From Trichoplax sp. H2 (Eukaryota): DNA of 64,000 nt. Every line of letters starts with the position of its first letter. Positions within the stretch are counted from its first letter, which is position 1. Below the pieces are notes generated by a model, which searched no databases, was not told the DNA's origin, and was given only the letters and a program-made list of their open reading frames with translations. Location: contig NOWV01000017.1 of NCBI GenBank assembly GCA_003344405.1, positions 744,001 through 808,000 on the forward strand, read 5' to 3'. Below are positions 29,306-43,297 of this stretch, piece after piece. A program made the position numbers and the translations under genes.

Positions 29306-31450
29306 TTGATATCTCTACGAAAGTCTGCAATAGACTATGTAAAATACTGTCGTGAAAGCAGTGGAATTATTCCAGCGTTAACTATTGCATTAAGCTAACA
29401 ATAAAAAATCATAGCGATAGGTAACACGCTATTGTAATGCTTAATTCTATATGTAATATTACGTTCCTATGCTAGGGGAGAAATCTTAATATGTATCGAA
29501 CGATTTATATTTACTCGTAAACTTAATGTTATATTAAAGGAAGAATAAATAAACATTATCAATTTTACATAATATTGCAACATTATCCAATAAGGAACGG
29601 CTTACGCAGTATATTTTAGGCACAGCCTCTGCTTTATTTACACTGATACCTAAACATACAGTAGGTTAAAGTCATTACCGACTGTGTAAGTCCCGGATGA
29701 GGACATGTAAATAAATCACCTTAAAAATTGCACGTAGATTATGAATTAAGTTCAAGCGTAATTTCTAACTTTAATGATCACGTTTCATATAATTCATATT
29801 TATATACAGTATAGTAATGTAGCACGTCTCATACACGCATGTTTTGTCCATGACGGAAGGATATAAACGACTGGTTTTCTACGTATGCTATATATACATT
29901 TGGATATTGTCTTGATATTTCTGGGTTATTTTTTAATTGCTCCTAACCTGCAACCATTGAGGTATCCCAGAGTAATCAATATAATCTTGAAAATTACGTT
30001 TATCGTCATCATTATCGACATACGGGCTCGGGATGTATCGTATAAAATTTTCGCAGGTTATCACAAATGACATTATTAGGTATTGATTTCTTAATCTTTA
30101 TTATAATACTGTAATACTACAGTATACTAGCCCCAAGACCGTTCTAGGAACGGTTAGCCCCTTTGATTAAAATAGATTAATTTTATTTTGTTACTGATCA
30201 ATGCTAGATTCAAAGTATGAAAACTATACTGTGCTAGTTTGACAGAGTAGACAGTGTACATCAAACACACGTACACGCACAAATTTATTTTAACACAGTA
30301 ACGGATTAAGCTTGGATACCCTTGAATACATCCATAAACTTGTGGCACTTGTGCAATTTATAGGTTTTTTATTTTTTATCCGATAATTACTTTCATTACA
30401 GTAGCTTCTAGACTTTTTTGAGCTTTCATGATGATTATGCAGACATCAATACGTATTTTTTCGCTCAATGGGCATTGTACTGGTATAGTAAATCACACTA
30501 CTTTTATATTGTTACTTTTAAGAGTATTACTACTGGTATATGAAGATATATGTCTTGTAGTATTACTTGAAAGCTATGAAAACTTGCTATGGTGTTAAGG
30601 GAAAATGCAAGATTCTTCTTTCAAGTTTTCGCTGAATGTGATTTTGGATGAGAAAATATTAAGGCTGATATAGGAATGAAAATATTGAGTGAATAGGTTT
30701 GAGGGAAGAGTATACGATGCTAAGAATTTTATTTAGTGCTACCAAACAAGATTGAGGGTAGGGGCTGTAAAATGTGGTATTTCTGTTAATCCTGTTGCAT
30801 GTACTCGACTATTATGATGGAGTCCATGACTAGAGCAGAGAGTCAGTGACGATTATTTTTCTCTAACATGCTTTGCTTCTGCATTGGTATTGTACCGCAT
30901 TTTCTACACAGGTAGCCACGATAGATAGGTTTTATTTTATTTGCAGTCACTATCAAAATTGCAATACCTATGTTATGTGGTGTATTTGTTACAGGAATTA
31001 ATATGAAAGTCCCCGATCAGAATACATAATAGTCGAATTCAAGCGACGCAGAAGCAAGATCTCCTTAAAACGTCCGACCAGGGACTATTTGTACTAAAGC
31101 CTCCTGTTTCACTCCAAATAATCTCCGTCTCAATTCATACACAAATAGAATTAATTAATCCATTCATGATGTATATCAATATAGGCTGAGCAGCATTAGG
31201 TGAATTAGTGTCATTTTGGGATGTGGTCAAGGAGATTTAGTCAGGGACTTTTTGCGAATTTTGAAAATTCCCAACATTGGCGATACTCTTCTGTACCGTA
31301 TGACAGATTTGGAAACACAGACCCATGACTGACGGACTCCGGACGATACGGTACAGTACAGTTTTTTTAAATATACCGTAAGCGCGGTAACTCACTTCCA
31401 AGGCGGCGAGATATCTTTGAAGTTGTGGAAACTGCTTAAACACGTACACT

Positions 31451-32022
31451 CGAACAGTAGTTTAGTAAGAAGATATTTAGAGCTGGCCGGCAATCGTGTG
31501 TCGCTTCAGTACAGTGCTCAAACACGACCTGCACAACGTGTCGTTGCAACGCCTGACGTTTCAGTGACGAACAAAATTCAATTGAGGTAAACGAGCTGCT
31601 TCAAAATATTATTAACATAGACCTTCAAGTATTTTCTCCTCCTTCTATTACACTTGGAAGCCATTGAATCCTGCAATACTTTGATGTAAAAGGTCGTTGT
31701 TGATTGATTAAGTGGAAAAGTTTAAAGATAAAGATAGCGAACAGTAGTTTGGTTAGAAGATATTTAGAGCTGGCCGGCAATCTTGTGTCGCTTCAGTACA
31801 GTACTCAAACACGACCTGCACAACGTGTCGTTGCAACGCCTGACGTTTCAGTGACGAACAAAATTCAATTGAGGTAAACGAGCTGCTTCAAAATATTAAC
31901 ATAGACCTTCAAGTATTTTCTCCTCTTTCTATTACGCTTGGAAGCCATTGAATCCTGAATTACTTTGATGTAAAAGGTCGTTGTTGATTGATTAAGTGGA
32001 AAAGTTTGAAGATGAAGATAGC
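31451..32022 (+). repeat. Tandem duplication, two copies of a ~287-bp unit
   Basis: Units start cgaacagtagttt at 31451 and 31738 and are highly similar throughout. Confidence 0.95.
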
Positions 32023-32228
32023 CAAGTTCGACAAGGCCGACTATTGCATGGCTTAATACAGTAAAGTTAGTTCAAGAGAGCTGAAAGATGCCCTTTCATT
32101 GGCGTCATGCTTGTGTCAATCGAGTTGTAATTTAAAAGTGGAAAAATCACTGGGTCTAAGATCTGAAAATCGAGGCGATTGTCAATTTTCTCTGCCATTT
32201 TTATCTGACAGTGAATATCGATTTCAAT

Positions 32229-35200
32229 ATGAACAAGGGAAAAGGATTTCAAGAAAAGGTAGACAACAATACGGTAGATCTGATAAATTAATCGTTCTAC
32301 ATCCCACGATGTTGTGGTAATTCTGGCTCAAGCAGATGTTGTAATCTTGTAGCCTCTCTTTATCCATTAGTTGCATACTATTGCTGATATCAGCGCTATC
32401 ATTGCAAAATTGTTTATTGACTCCATTACTGTTTCGCTGTGACAGCCTAATTATTCATAAATGACCGAATTTCTGTAGTAGTTTGACTTCTATTACCCGG
32501 ATCAAGTTATAAATATCATTCAGAATTGCACAATTCTCATTGTAAAGAACTAAGTGGTGCCTGCAAAGGTTATACAGTACAAGACATATTCAATCTTTAT
32601 TCTATGCAACCAAGTAGACACACATTTACTCTTCTTGATAACCCTAACTTGACTGACTTGACACAGTATGAATAGAAATTTCTATAGCCGCCCAATCGAT
32701 CCAATGACTGTCATAAATTTTCATTGCTGTAGCATAATATTAATCATATTATTATGATACTACGAACTGCAATCTTCAAATTTTTACCCACAATCAGCAC
32801 AATCTATTTTATACTAATATACAGCAGCTAAAAATGTTGACCTTGTCTACTCTTTATTATATTGGATCGTCTACGGGTCAACCAGATTAGCAATAGAGAA
32901 GTACAGTGACGCACGTACAGTAGACAGCATAATATCGCTGCGATCATTATGCATCGATAAATATTTTATTCTTTGTTAATACGATTTGAATACTGACGAT
33001 TACGTTATGTTATTGACTAATTAAATGATTAATTGATGATCGGTCATGCCTGGCAAATTTTTCAAGCACTCATAAGCAACAGAAGTTCTCAAATATATGC
33101 ACATATACTATAAAACATGATAAATTGACAAGACAATCCGGTAATAAAAACGCATAACCCAATACTGGTTGAGCGAACGAATCTATTTCTTAGTCGATTG
33201 GACTTTGCTAAGTTGTGCTCTACTGTAGAACGCTATGACTACTGCGGGAACATAATTACAGTATTTATATCATTACAAGTCCTATTACGTTGATGATATC
33301 CCCTTCACGGTAGCGCTACATCATGATTACTATCGTAGATTAAAGTCTAATCAATTCCATTATCCTTATTTTCTTTATCAAGGTAGCTTGTCGTTCACTT
33401 AGCATTCAGGTATAGCGTAGTGCGTCATCAGCGAATACTTACTGACGCAATATAAAATAAAATAAAATGTAAATAATTCTGCCTACTGCATACGTTCATG
33501 GATTAAAACACTGAAGTATTCCCATTTTCACTGATGCACAATTAGCTTAAGTTAAACCATTTCGATATTATTCAATAGATAAATAAATAAGACTACAACA
33601 CAACGTCTAAAAATATGTTGTAACTCTATCGAAACCGGTAATTTACTTATTGATCAATAAGTTGCATAATATGTAATATTAATGGAAAAATAGAAGAAAT
33701 ATCATTTGCTAAGATGAGATAATAGCCAGTTTTACTATCTACCAGACAGTATGATTGATTCATTATAATATACAGTACTATAGAATAGAATAAAAGTACG
33801 TTTGTTTGAAAGGCAATACAGTAATATGTACCTCATTTAATGAGAGATTGATATCAACTATTATTTCTGATGCATATGGTACATAGCTCGCTAGAAGAAT
33901 AGCTAAACATGAAAAGCAATTACAGAAGCTGACCAGTTATTATCAGGTATAATTAATTACGTCAATCCGTCTCTAACTTACGTATATTTTAATTAGTAAT
34001 TTAATTATCGTTTAACTTTACAAGGTAACCTATATATTTGTATACGTAGTTAAGTACACGTGTATCTAGTCTATATAATTGCTATGAATTACGTAATAGA
34101 TAAGTAAAATAAAGATTATTGTGCTTACTTCAATTAATAAAATTTTATTTTCTTAGGAAAGCACAATTTTCAAACATGCAATATTTTAACAATGTAATTT
34201 TTGATAATTTCTATTTTACGTATTTTCGCAATAGGATTACATAAATAAGCATAAGCAATCTATCAAGCAATCTCCTAATTCAACTGATTGCTGTATTAGC
34301 GAGAATAATGATAAAACCGGAAATATATCCAAACATAATCCAGTAACATGTCCCGACGATATGATAGCCAGTCAGGATACCGCTTTGTTCTTACCTACAC
34401 TACAAATGTTTGATAACGATGATGACGATAATCAAGCATTAACCCAAATTGAAGATCATGACGGTCATATTGAAAATGATAGTCAATTAACAGGTCATGA
34501 TATCGATTTGGTTAGTAATCTACAAGGAAATGGTATGGAAACTGTTGAAGATGATAGTTTATTGATGTTGGAGGCAAAAGCAACCCCATCATATAAATGC
34601 GATAACAATGCTAGCATAAATAGCGACAACTCTCATGCCTTAAGTACTGGAAATAAAAGACAACAATCTGTAGATACCAAAATAAAATCACTTAATTGGA
34701 CTATCAATAGCTGCGCAGACGTTGATGACATAGAGAAAAGTAGTACAACGTTGTATGAATTTCAATTACAAGCATGTTTACAGGTAAATGGGCGAACAAT
34801 ATTATTACCAACTAAATAATGAATTAGAATTTATTAATATTAATGCTAAATCTTAATTTCTAACGACCTTAAGGTTAAAGAACCAGTCAAATCGATCGCT
34901 TTTTCAAGTAACAATGGCAATTGTAATGACTCTATTAAGATAGCTACTTGTTCCGACCGAATAATCACTATATGGACATTATCAAAGGACGATTTTTCTG
35001 AATGGAATTTCGTAAAATGTCTCACATGCGATAAAAACGTATATCAAACTATTGGATTTAATATAAAACAATAAAAATGATGGACAAATTAACGTTATAT
35101 TTTGATTATCCTTAAATATTTAGATGGAAAAATTTAGCGATGTTAACTTTCTCTCAACGGACACCGGAATCTGTATTTCAGTTACTGGTAAATTTCGGGC

Positions 35201-36871
35201 ATCTCATAATAGGTAAGTAAACATAGTACAGCCTGTCAAGACTATTACGCATATTGTACAATTATCACGCGTTGATAGCAAATTTTTTTTGTAATCTTGT
35301 AACGGTGATATAACTATTTGAATATGAATATTTAGAATTTATAGAATAACAGACAAAGAAGACTTTAGTTTAGAACTTCGTAGCGGTTGTTCAAAGTAAG
35401 AGAAAAAATCCCAATAGGAATGTAGTCGAAGCGATTATACTGCACTGGTTCATCTTATTTCTTAATATACATTGAAATAATTCCAGGTTCCCGTGTAAAT
35501 GTGAATATCGATCTGTAAATTGTCCACCTGGTCACAAAGACGTTATTACTGCAATATTGAATGGAAACGATAAAAATTATTACTTTAGAAAATACTGTCT
35601 TGATGACAAATGCCAGTAAGTTTGATGTTATAGCACCTTCATATTATTACTAATATAAAATTTATTCCTTTTAACGGTAAATTGATAGATAATTAATTTA
35701 TATTGTCTACATTCTACACAGGAATTTAATATCTTGTAATGATTTCGAAAAACCCAATATATTAGAAAAGTTATCGTCTATTATTGTAGCGCATGGATCT
35801 GAACTGATGTTATTAGGATTATTTGAAAAGACGATTGTCCTATGGTAATAAACTACTTTGTAGAAAATATCGGATTTTTCTTATAAGGAGTACTTTATAA
35901 TAATTTTTGCAAAAATAGGAATTGGAGTAACTGTCAAATCACAAAGAGAATAGCGCTAGACGGGTCGTTTATTGAAAAAGAGGCTGCAAAATGTTTTCGA
36001 GTTGTAATCGAAAAGGTTAATTAGTGGCTTAAAAACAGATTCATGCATGCTTTGTTTGCATAAGTAAAATGTGAACAACAGTTTAGGAAATATTGTAAGA
36101 GATTTCTTACATTTTCATTTATATTAATACTATTATAGGACTGGCTGTTCGCAGTGATTGGTTCCAGTTTCGACAAGGTAATATAGCGTAAATAATAACT
36201 GCTAAAGTCTCGGATATTGTTTATTTCTTGCCTTAGATACTTATTTATTATTGATAGCGATCGATTTTTTTTATTTTCGTTCGTCTCATTTTTACATATG
36301 TACCTGGTACCTGCAAATAATTCTTCTTTGAAAGAATAAAGACAGCGATGCATTGATGCATAATTATTGTCTACTTGCTCTCAATCATAAAAGTAATCGT
36401 ATAGTGAAGCTACAAAGCTATGGATTCCAAGAGTGCGAAAGTACCCAAAGGTTGTTAAAAAAGTTCCAGCATTTTCATCAATAAATCATTTTTATCTTAT
36501 CTATCGTAACTATATTATTTTCTGTTTTTATATCCTTGTTCTTAGAACTGATGTAGCGTTATGTTGCGTATCACAAACACACATCGCAACAGTCACTAGA
36601 AATAACACGATTTACTTATGGAACCTCTATACATCTGCTTGCTTAGCAGAAATACCGTATCAGGGTACTGTATATTATTATGATTTACAGGGATAATAGC
36701 TTAATAAGTTTCAAAAAAATTTTAGTAACACATAACATAACTCATTCTCTAGGTCAATATATTACTAGTATTCAATTACATCCCGAGCTTCACCTTTTTG
36801 CATTAGCAACGAATTCTAATTGTCTTCATATCTATTCAAAAGTTAAGAAGGATGCCCAACTAAATAAGTAA
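32229..36871 (+). CDS. PALB2: PALB2-like protein (N-terminal coiled coil plus C-terminal WD40), about 13 exons
   Basis: Exons 32229-32258 (MNKGKGFQEK, tentative), 33887-33946 (LARRIAKHEKQLQKLTSYYQ), 34235-34783, 34874-35038, 35124-35212, 35336-35395, 35487-35615, 35722-35844, 35919-36015, 36139-36177, 36335-36450, 36546-36664 and 36753-36871 splice in frame. The WD40 segments and intron phases resemble recalled human PALB2. Confidence 0.72.
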
Positions 36872-39800
36872 TTATTGCAACTTTAATACATCTTAATAAC
36901 TTAAAGAAAAAGAGAACTTAAAATATGCATATGAATAACTATAAAAATAAAATCTGTATTTCCGTGCTTAGTTAACATTAACTGCCATATCCTTCCGTTT
37001 AATTGAAGAGCAAGGAATTAATATTGGCCCTTGATCGAATGAAATAATGATGACTTTACATATGGATGCTAGACTTTCAATTAGATCATAGTCGTATTAT
37101 TAGAAAATAGATTTCAATAATCCATTATGAGCGGCGCAGGTGCGAGAGAAGAATACGCGATTGTAAACACGTATCATAATCATATTTATTCTATTAAATT
37201 GAGATACTATTGATACTGTACAATAAATTTATTAAGAATTGTTAAAAAATTTTATATTGCTATCATTTTTCGAATAAATAAAAGTAAAACAATTGGGAGC
37301 CGAAATTATTTTTGAAAAGGAGTAAATAGGAAGTTTTATCTATTTGCATTTTTAGTTGTTATTCGTATAATGTTCTACCTGAGTAATGCAGGTAGGACTT
37401 ACTGATGATAAATATTTTGTATAATTTATATTTTACCTCTTAAATTATCATGTGAATTACACATGATTAGCCATGATGTTTATTATATTATTTGTGATTA
37501 AGAATAATAACTGCTAAGATTTTCATAAGTGGAATTTTTATTTTCATTAGAATAAAAATAAATGTCAAAATATTCAATTCAAGTTTTTATTAATAATATA
37601 CAATCATTTTCTTATTGTTAAGTGTATTGATAACTGTTGACTACATGATGCCCATTCATACTATCAAATGGCTTATAACTCTAAACTGGTGTGCATACTT
37701 CAAAGTCTCTTTAAAATGAAAAGCAGATCGGCTAAAAAATTTTCAATTTTGAAAGCACTTCTAGATTTTAATGAACGATTTTGTAGGCGAACGAACACAG
37801 TACTGCAGAAGTTGTCCACTTACACAACAGCGATACTCAACTCTAGTTTTATGATTGCATACTATTATACACCAGCATAAGCAGTCTTGATATCATTGGC
37901 ATTAATTCGAAAGATTAATATACAGGGATTAAAGTTATTCAATCAAGTATAACCAATTTATATAGAGAGGTAATTATATTAAAATGAATGAATTGATATT
38001 TAACTGTGATGTGTAATCGTAGAGTATCTCGTAAATGAAAGATGAATGGCATGAATTATATTGATATTTGTTAGCTGGCCTAAGTATCTTGATTCTTCAC
38101 CTTCTGATTTCGTTAAGGTATGACTTATTTGCTACCTATTTATTAAATCAACGAAAATTATATTTATAACGGTCTTGTTGATGCTTCCATGGGCATTAAT
38201 TATAGATTGTTAGTCTATTTCATCCATATTAATTGATATTGCAATAACTTACAATGATGTAACCAATATTTTTCCTGTACTAATATCATTTCAGCGGTAC
38301 TTGATAATAAAAAGAAGAGCTTAATGATGAAGAACAATAAAAGGCAGTATGGCAAACATTAAAAAGTTGATTATACTTAGTTTATACTATAATTAATTGC
38401 TTAAATGGTGTATTACATTAATGAAAATAATATAATGGTCGATATATTCAAATCGCATATTTAATCCTATTGATTAAATAGAGCTATATGGATTGTTCAA
38501 CTCATTCTTATATCTGCAACTGTAAAATTGTCTTGTATTAACCTTTACGTTACCGTTACCTCATATTACGCAAACAATCCTCACTGTCTTGACACTTCTA
38601 CAATGGTGATAATAACACTCTGATGAATAATAAATATATTATTTATCATACTAAACAATAAAATAAAATATGAATACTACTTCTATAATAAGAAGAAAAA
38701 TTCTAATAGTTACAGCTATATTACGATTTAAAAAAGAGAAAGGAAAAATGATGAACTTTTGTAAAGGACTGTATCGATTTCCTTGTCCATAGCTCGATAA
38801 TTTAGCTTGTATTACTGTGATCTTTGTCCTACAGTTCCTTGATCCATGGTTTACAAGAAGGAAACCGAGCCGACATTTGCCGTTTATTTATACATCCGTA
38901 CGTATATTATAGGTATGGTACATATCTCTATGTATATTATATAAAGATAGATTTATATAACATACATAAATAATTTTATGATAGTATGTAACGCTAGGCA
39001 AGCAACAAAATAAAATAGGAACTTTTAGTCAATTCTAATTCACGTAGAATTTGTTAGCTGTAATTTGCCGATATGAATAAATAACAAACCCATAACAAGG
39101 GAATGAATAATAATGAGGAAAGGAATAGTATTGGCGCATGTCTATGTTTAAACTAGATTAATCTTTCCTTTGTACTACTTCACCCATAGAAATATTGCCT
39201 AATTCAATTAATCAATACATTTCTGTGTTTCATTTCGATGGTTATGCTAGCAAACAAAAGGCGAAAAATAAGGTAAAAATGAAAATTTAGATACTGAAAG
39301 TTGTTCATCAAAAAGCAATGTATTAGGCGTATGCTACTGTAATTAACGTAGATAGCATGTTAACTTAATTCGGCAAGCTTACGAAAGGATGAATAGGTAT
39401 TGATCCATCTACAATCTAGCAAAGTTACGGTATTGGAAGCGAATATAACTGCGGTTGTTTGTCACCTGATGTAGTCGCGGCTATTATAACTTAATATGGA
39501 GTACGTAGGCTGACTCCGCTAGATAATTACGAGTCAGAAGCCCACATACAGCCATGTATTATATTATTTCTGTCATTCTGACATCAAAGAGGACTCATAT
39601 CAACACTAATTATGAAGGTTATTACAAATATTCGATGCTGCTGAGTCTAAGTTAATAAAATAACCCACCTATTCTACCCACGCTACAAATAGATTACCAA
39701 ATCCGTATAAAGTAACTGCAATTCTGCATTTTGACATTATTATCAATATAACAAATCCAGGATAAGATTTCGCATTTTGGGGTCTAGGTTAGACTACATA

Positions 39801-42359
39801 GACATTCGATAAAATTTTTTAAATTTATCCTTATTTTTCGTTTTATCTTGTACAAACGATATATAACTTCTTTTTGCAATGTATAATTAAGACATATACC
39901 TATAAAGCGAAGTAGCTATATATAGATATCAATATATTGAGAGAGAGATTTACAACCATGTATAAAGATAGCAAGATATTACTTTCGATACAGCATAGTT
40001 AAATCTCGTATAATGTTCTTGCTTAGTATTCTTCTTCAATAGTAGTCATTTACATTCTTTATACTCTCGTCTATTAGATAAGTAAATTCTTTTGAGTTGT
40101 ACCAAAGTCACATTTTATTAAATATTTAATACCCGATCTAGCTTCACATGAGAACGATTTAAAATTTTTATATGCTTGATTCTTAATATTGTAGGTGAAA
40201 AATTAGATGACATTTATATCATCAATTAGGAAGACATCGTGATCATTTGGTTTGAATCATTGCCTATCCTACTATTACTATCATCATTTTAATATAAGAT
40301 TTACAAAGGGGTGCGTTATATTCAATATAATTATTTTACTTCAAAATTTTTAACTATTGGCATTACTGGTGACTGCTATTCGAAGGCAAAAAAAGAAGAA
40401 AATCATACAAGTATATTACGTATATATACTCGTGTGTAAGCATAGTATATATATACGTGTAGGTCATATATGCATATTTAAGAAAGAATTCTAGCCATGA
40501 GAAATAGCATTTTCGCCTTGTTAACATTACTTATTTGGCAAAGTTCCTATTGGATGATGATATTAAAGCAACAGGGTATAATAGCACTACCAAGTAAGTC
40601 CAATTCGACTAATAATCCATAGCATCATCGATACAGTTTTAACTTTTCTTTCGTTAAATTGAATCAGTTAACTAGATACACCGTAAAATAGGTTAAATTT
40701 TTATTTATCGAGCGACTGTAAAATACGATTTTTAACTTTTATTAGATGGGCATCACTTCACCCCTGGTCGTTTTAATAAATTTATAATAGTATTGAGTAT
40801 AAATTTTTAGTTAAATTCCATCATCCTATGTTTGAATAGTCAACTTATAATCGTTTCTATAATGATATTGACATGGTATCAAATCCTTCTGAATATCACG
40901 ATATCATACTATCTTGAGATCAACCGTAGATGTTGTCGTCTCAATATCATAACGGATAGTGCATTTGAAACTAAAAAATTTTTCTGCTATCCCACTCCTA
41001 CTAAAATGATTCATTATTGTGTCAATTCATTGATTTTTTTTCTTTCCCTCTTCTTCCATAATAATTAATTAAAATTCAATGGGCCAATAGTTTGGTTGCT
41101 AGCAATAAATGATAAGCTAGCATTAATTAGACCAATTTTAACTTGTATGAATTTCTATAGCTGATCGATTTCTTCATATTATCTCGTTTGCGGTAAGTTA
41201 GATTGTCTAAATATGATGATGATAGCAAACAGTAATCGATAGAGAATCATTATGCAAGGTCAATAATTGTTATACAAAAAAGATTGAATTCGGTTCAATT
41301 GTCTAAGTTGGAAAAGTAGAATACTGTCATGCAAAGGATATAAGCAGGAAGCTAAGAATAAATAGTGAAAGATATTGCCGTCATTGTCCACTAGTACGTA
41401 AGGAGTAGAGCATATAAATTTTTTTGATTTGTATCACATGGGGCGTCTTGAAGGTGTAGCAAACTGATTGACACGATGGTCATAGAATCAAGTAGGAAGC
41501 AACAATAAATAACATCTCTTCCTCATGATTTTGATCATTTTTTGTCCGAATACGAAGATATGGTCCATTCACGGGCCCAATAGTAATGAATGAGCGTAAT
41601 CTACCTTGCCTAAAATTGTAATTGTTGTCGTTTTGGTAAGATGACACAAAATTGTCATTATTATACAATATTAGTCATTTTACAAGTCGTAGGTTACAAG
41701 AAGAATCGGCAGATGGCTCCTATTTAACAATTTTTTGAATATAATGAAAACCAATCTATTGGACAATTTCAGATGAAGAAAGTAGAATTCAATCTACTGC
41801 TATTGTTGACCATAATTATTAGTTGATCAGTTGCTTTTTAGATGTCTTCTTACCTATGGACATACAATACAAAATCTCCTAATTGTCAGTCTACCTGTAT
41901 CCACTCATGCCCACGCTTAATTTACGGACATATTGCTATAGCAATCCCCCATGTCTGTAACTAATTATCGATTATTCTAGACACGCACTAATAGAATAAA
42001 AAATAATATGAATCCACCAACCCACTTGCATTTATACGCGATACAACTGTGATATATCAGGTAATCTGATCGGTAATTTTTTTTCAAAATAATATTTATA
42101 CCTTTCCATTTTATAAAAAAAATTTTTTATCAATTCCTTTTTCTGCTCTTGTGAAGTTGTGCTGTAATTACTTCACGCTTCAAAATCCTTCGTTTTAAGT
42201 AACACTAAGCAAATAAAATTATAAAAAAAAATAAATTACAAAAAAATTGCTAGCTGAAATCATTGAACATGTTACTTTCTATTCTCCAACAGGATTAGGC
42301 TTATGTATGCATAATGATATTAAATTAATAATTTTTATTCTTTTCCTAATACATTGTAG

Positions 42360-43297
42360 TATCGGATAAATGGAATAAAACTATAGCCAAAGCAATATCT
42401 CCATCATCATTGTTGCCATTATCAATAAATGATAGAAATAATCCGTCAGTTTCAGACAATCATCCACCGGTAACTCATCGAACGACAATAAATTCAACTA
42501 TACCACAGGAGCTATTATTAAATAGTACAATTTTGTCACCATCCGTAGACCAGACAAATTCAAACAATACCGATCATAATCAGGATCATAGCATGGTTAA
42601 TAGCAATAATGATATCGATCATCATCGCCATCCGCAAGGTAATAATAGCCATCATCACCAAAATAACAATGATGACAACAATAACGACAACAACTATTAC
42701 ATCAATACTAATTCAGTTATAGTTGTGACAACACAGTGGCAACAGCAATCTACCTCGCCATCATCTCCAGGTTTAGCAACAACTAGGACAAATACAAATC
42801 GAGGGAGGTATTTTTCTCCTCGTGAAATAAAATGTTGTAACATAGCAATGGTGAGTGGTGACCGTCATTATCCATGTAATGTTTATAGACAGACACAAGA
42901 ACGAAATGATCAAATAGAACGACATAAGAAAAGCTTGAACACGAATAATGTGAACCTTAGAAAAAAGCTAGTGAAAATATTTAAAGCTGCAATTGCAGAA
43001 TTGCAAGAGGTTCAACGCTGTACTGATACTTCAAAGAAAATCCGTCATTATGAAAGATGTTGTACATCAATGAATTATTTTCGATTGGTTCGTAAGTCTA
43101 GAAAACGAGGTTAAATAATATTGCTCAAAAAGCAATATTAAACTTTAAACCTTGAAATTGTTTCATTAATCTATCACCTGTTTATCATATTATCGCGTAT
43201 AGTATTGAGTGAATTTCCCACAAATCAAATGATTGATCCGATTGACTGCTTAAAAACATTGACAGAAGCCAGCTGCGAGGATAACATAATATCATAA
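42360..43297 (+). CDS. Uncharacterised protein: Asn/His/Ser/Thr-rich low-complexity region followed by a Cys-containing helical domain (5' exons unresolved)
   Basis: A ~750-nt open exon (42360-~43109) in AT-rich DNA splices (phase 1) to exon 43203-43297 (VLSEFPTNQMIDPIDCLKTLTEASCEDNIIS*). No family recognised. Confidence 0.65.

Noticed and set aside
31003-31090. GAAAGTCCCCG resembling the RNase MRP CR-I motif
   Set aside because: No downstream complementary GGGGCT (CR-V/P4) partner was found at a suitable distance.
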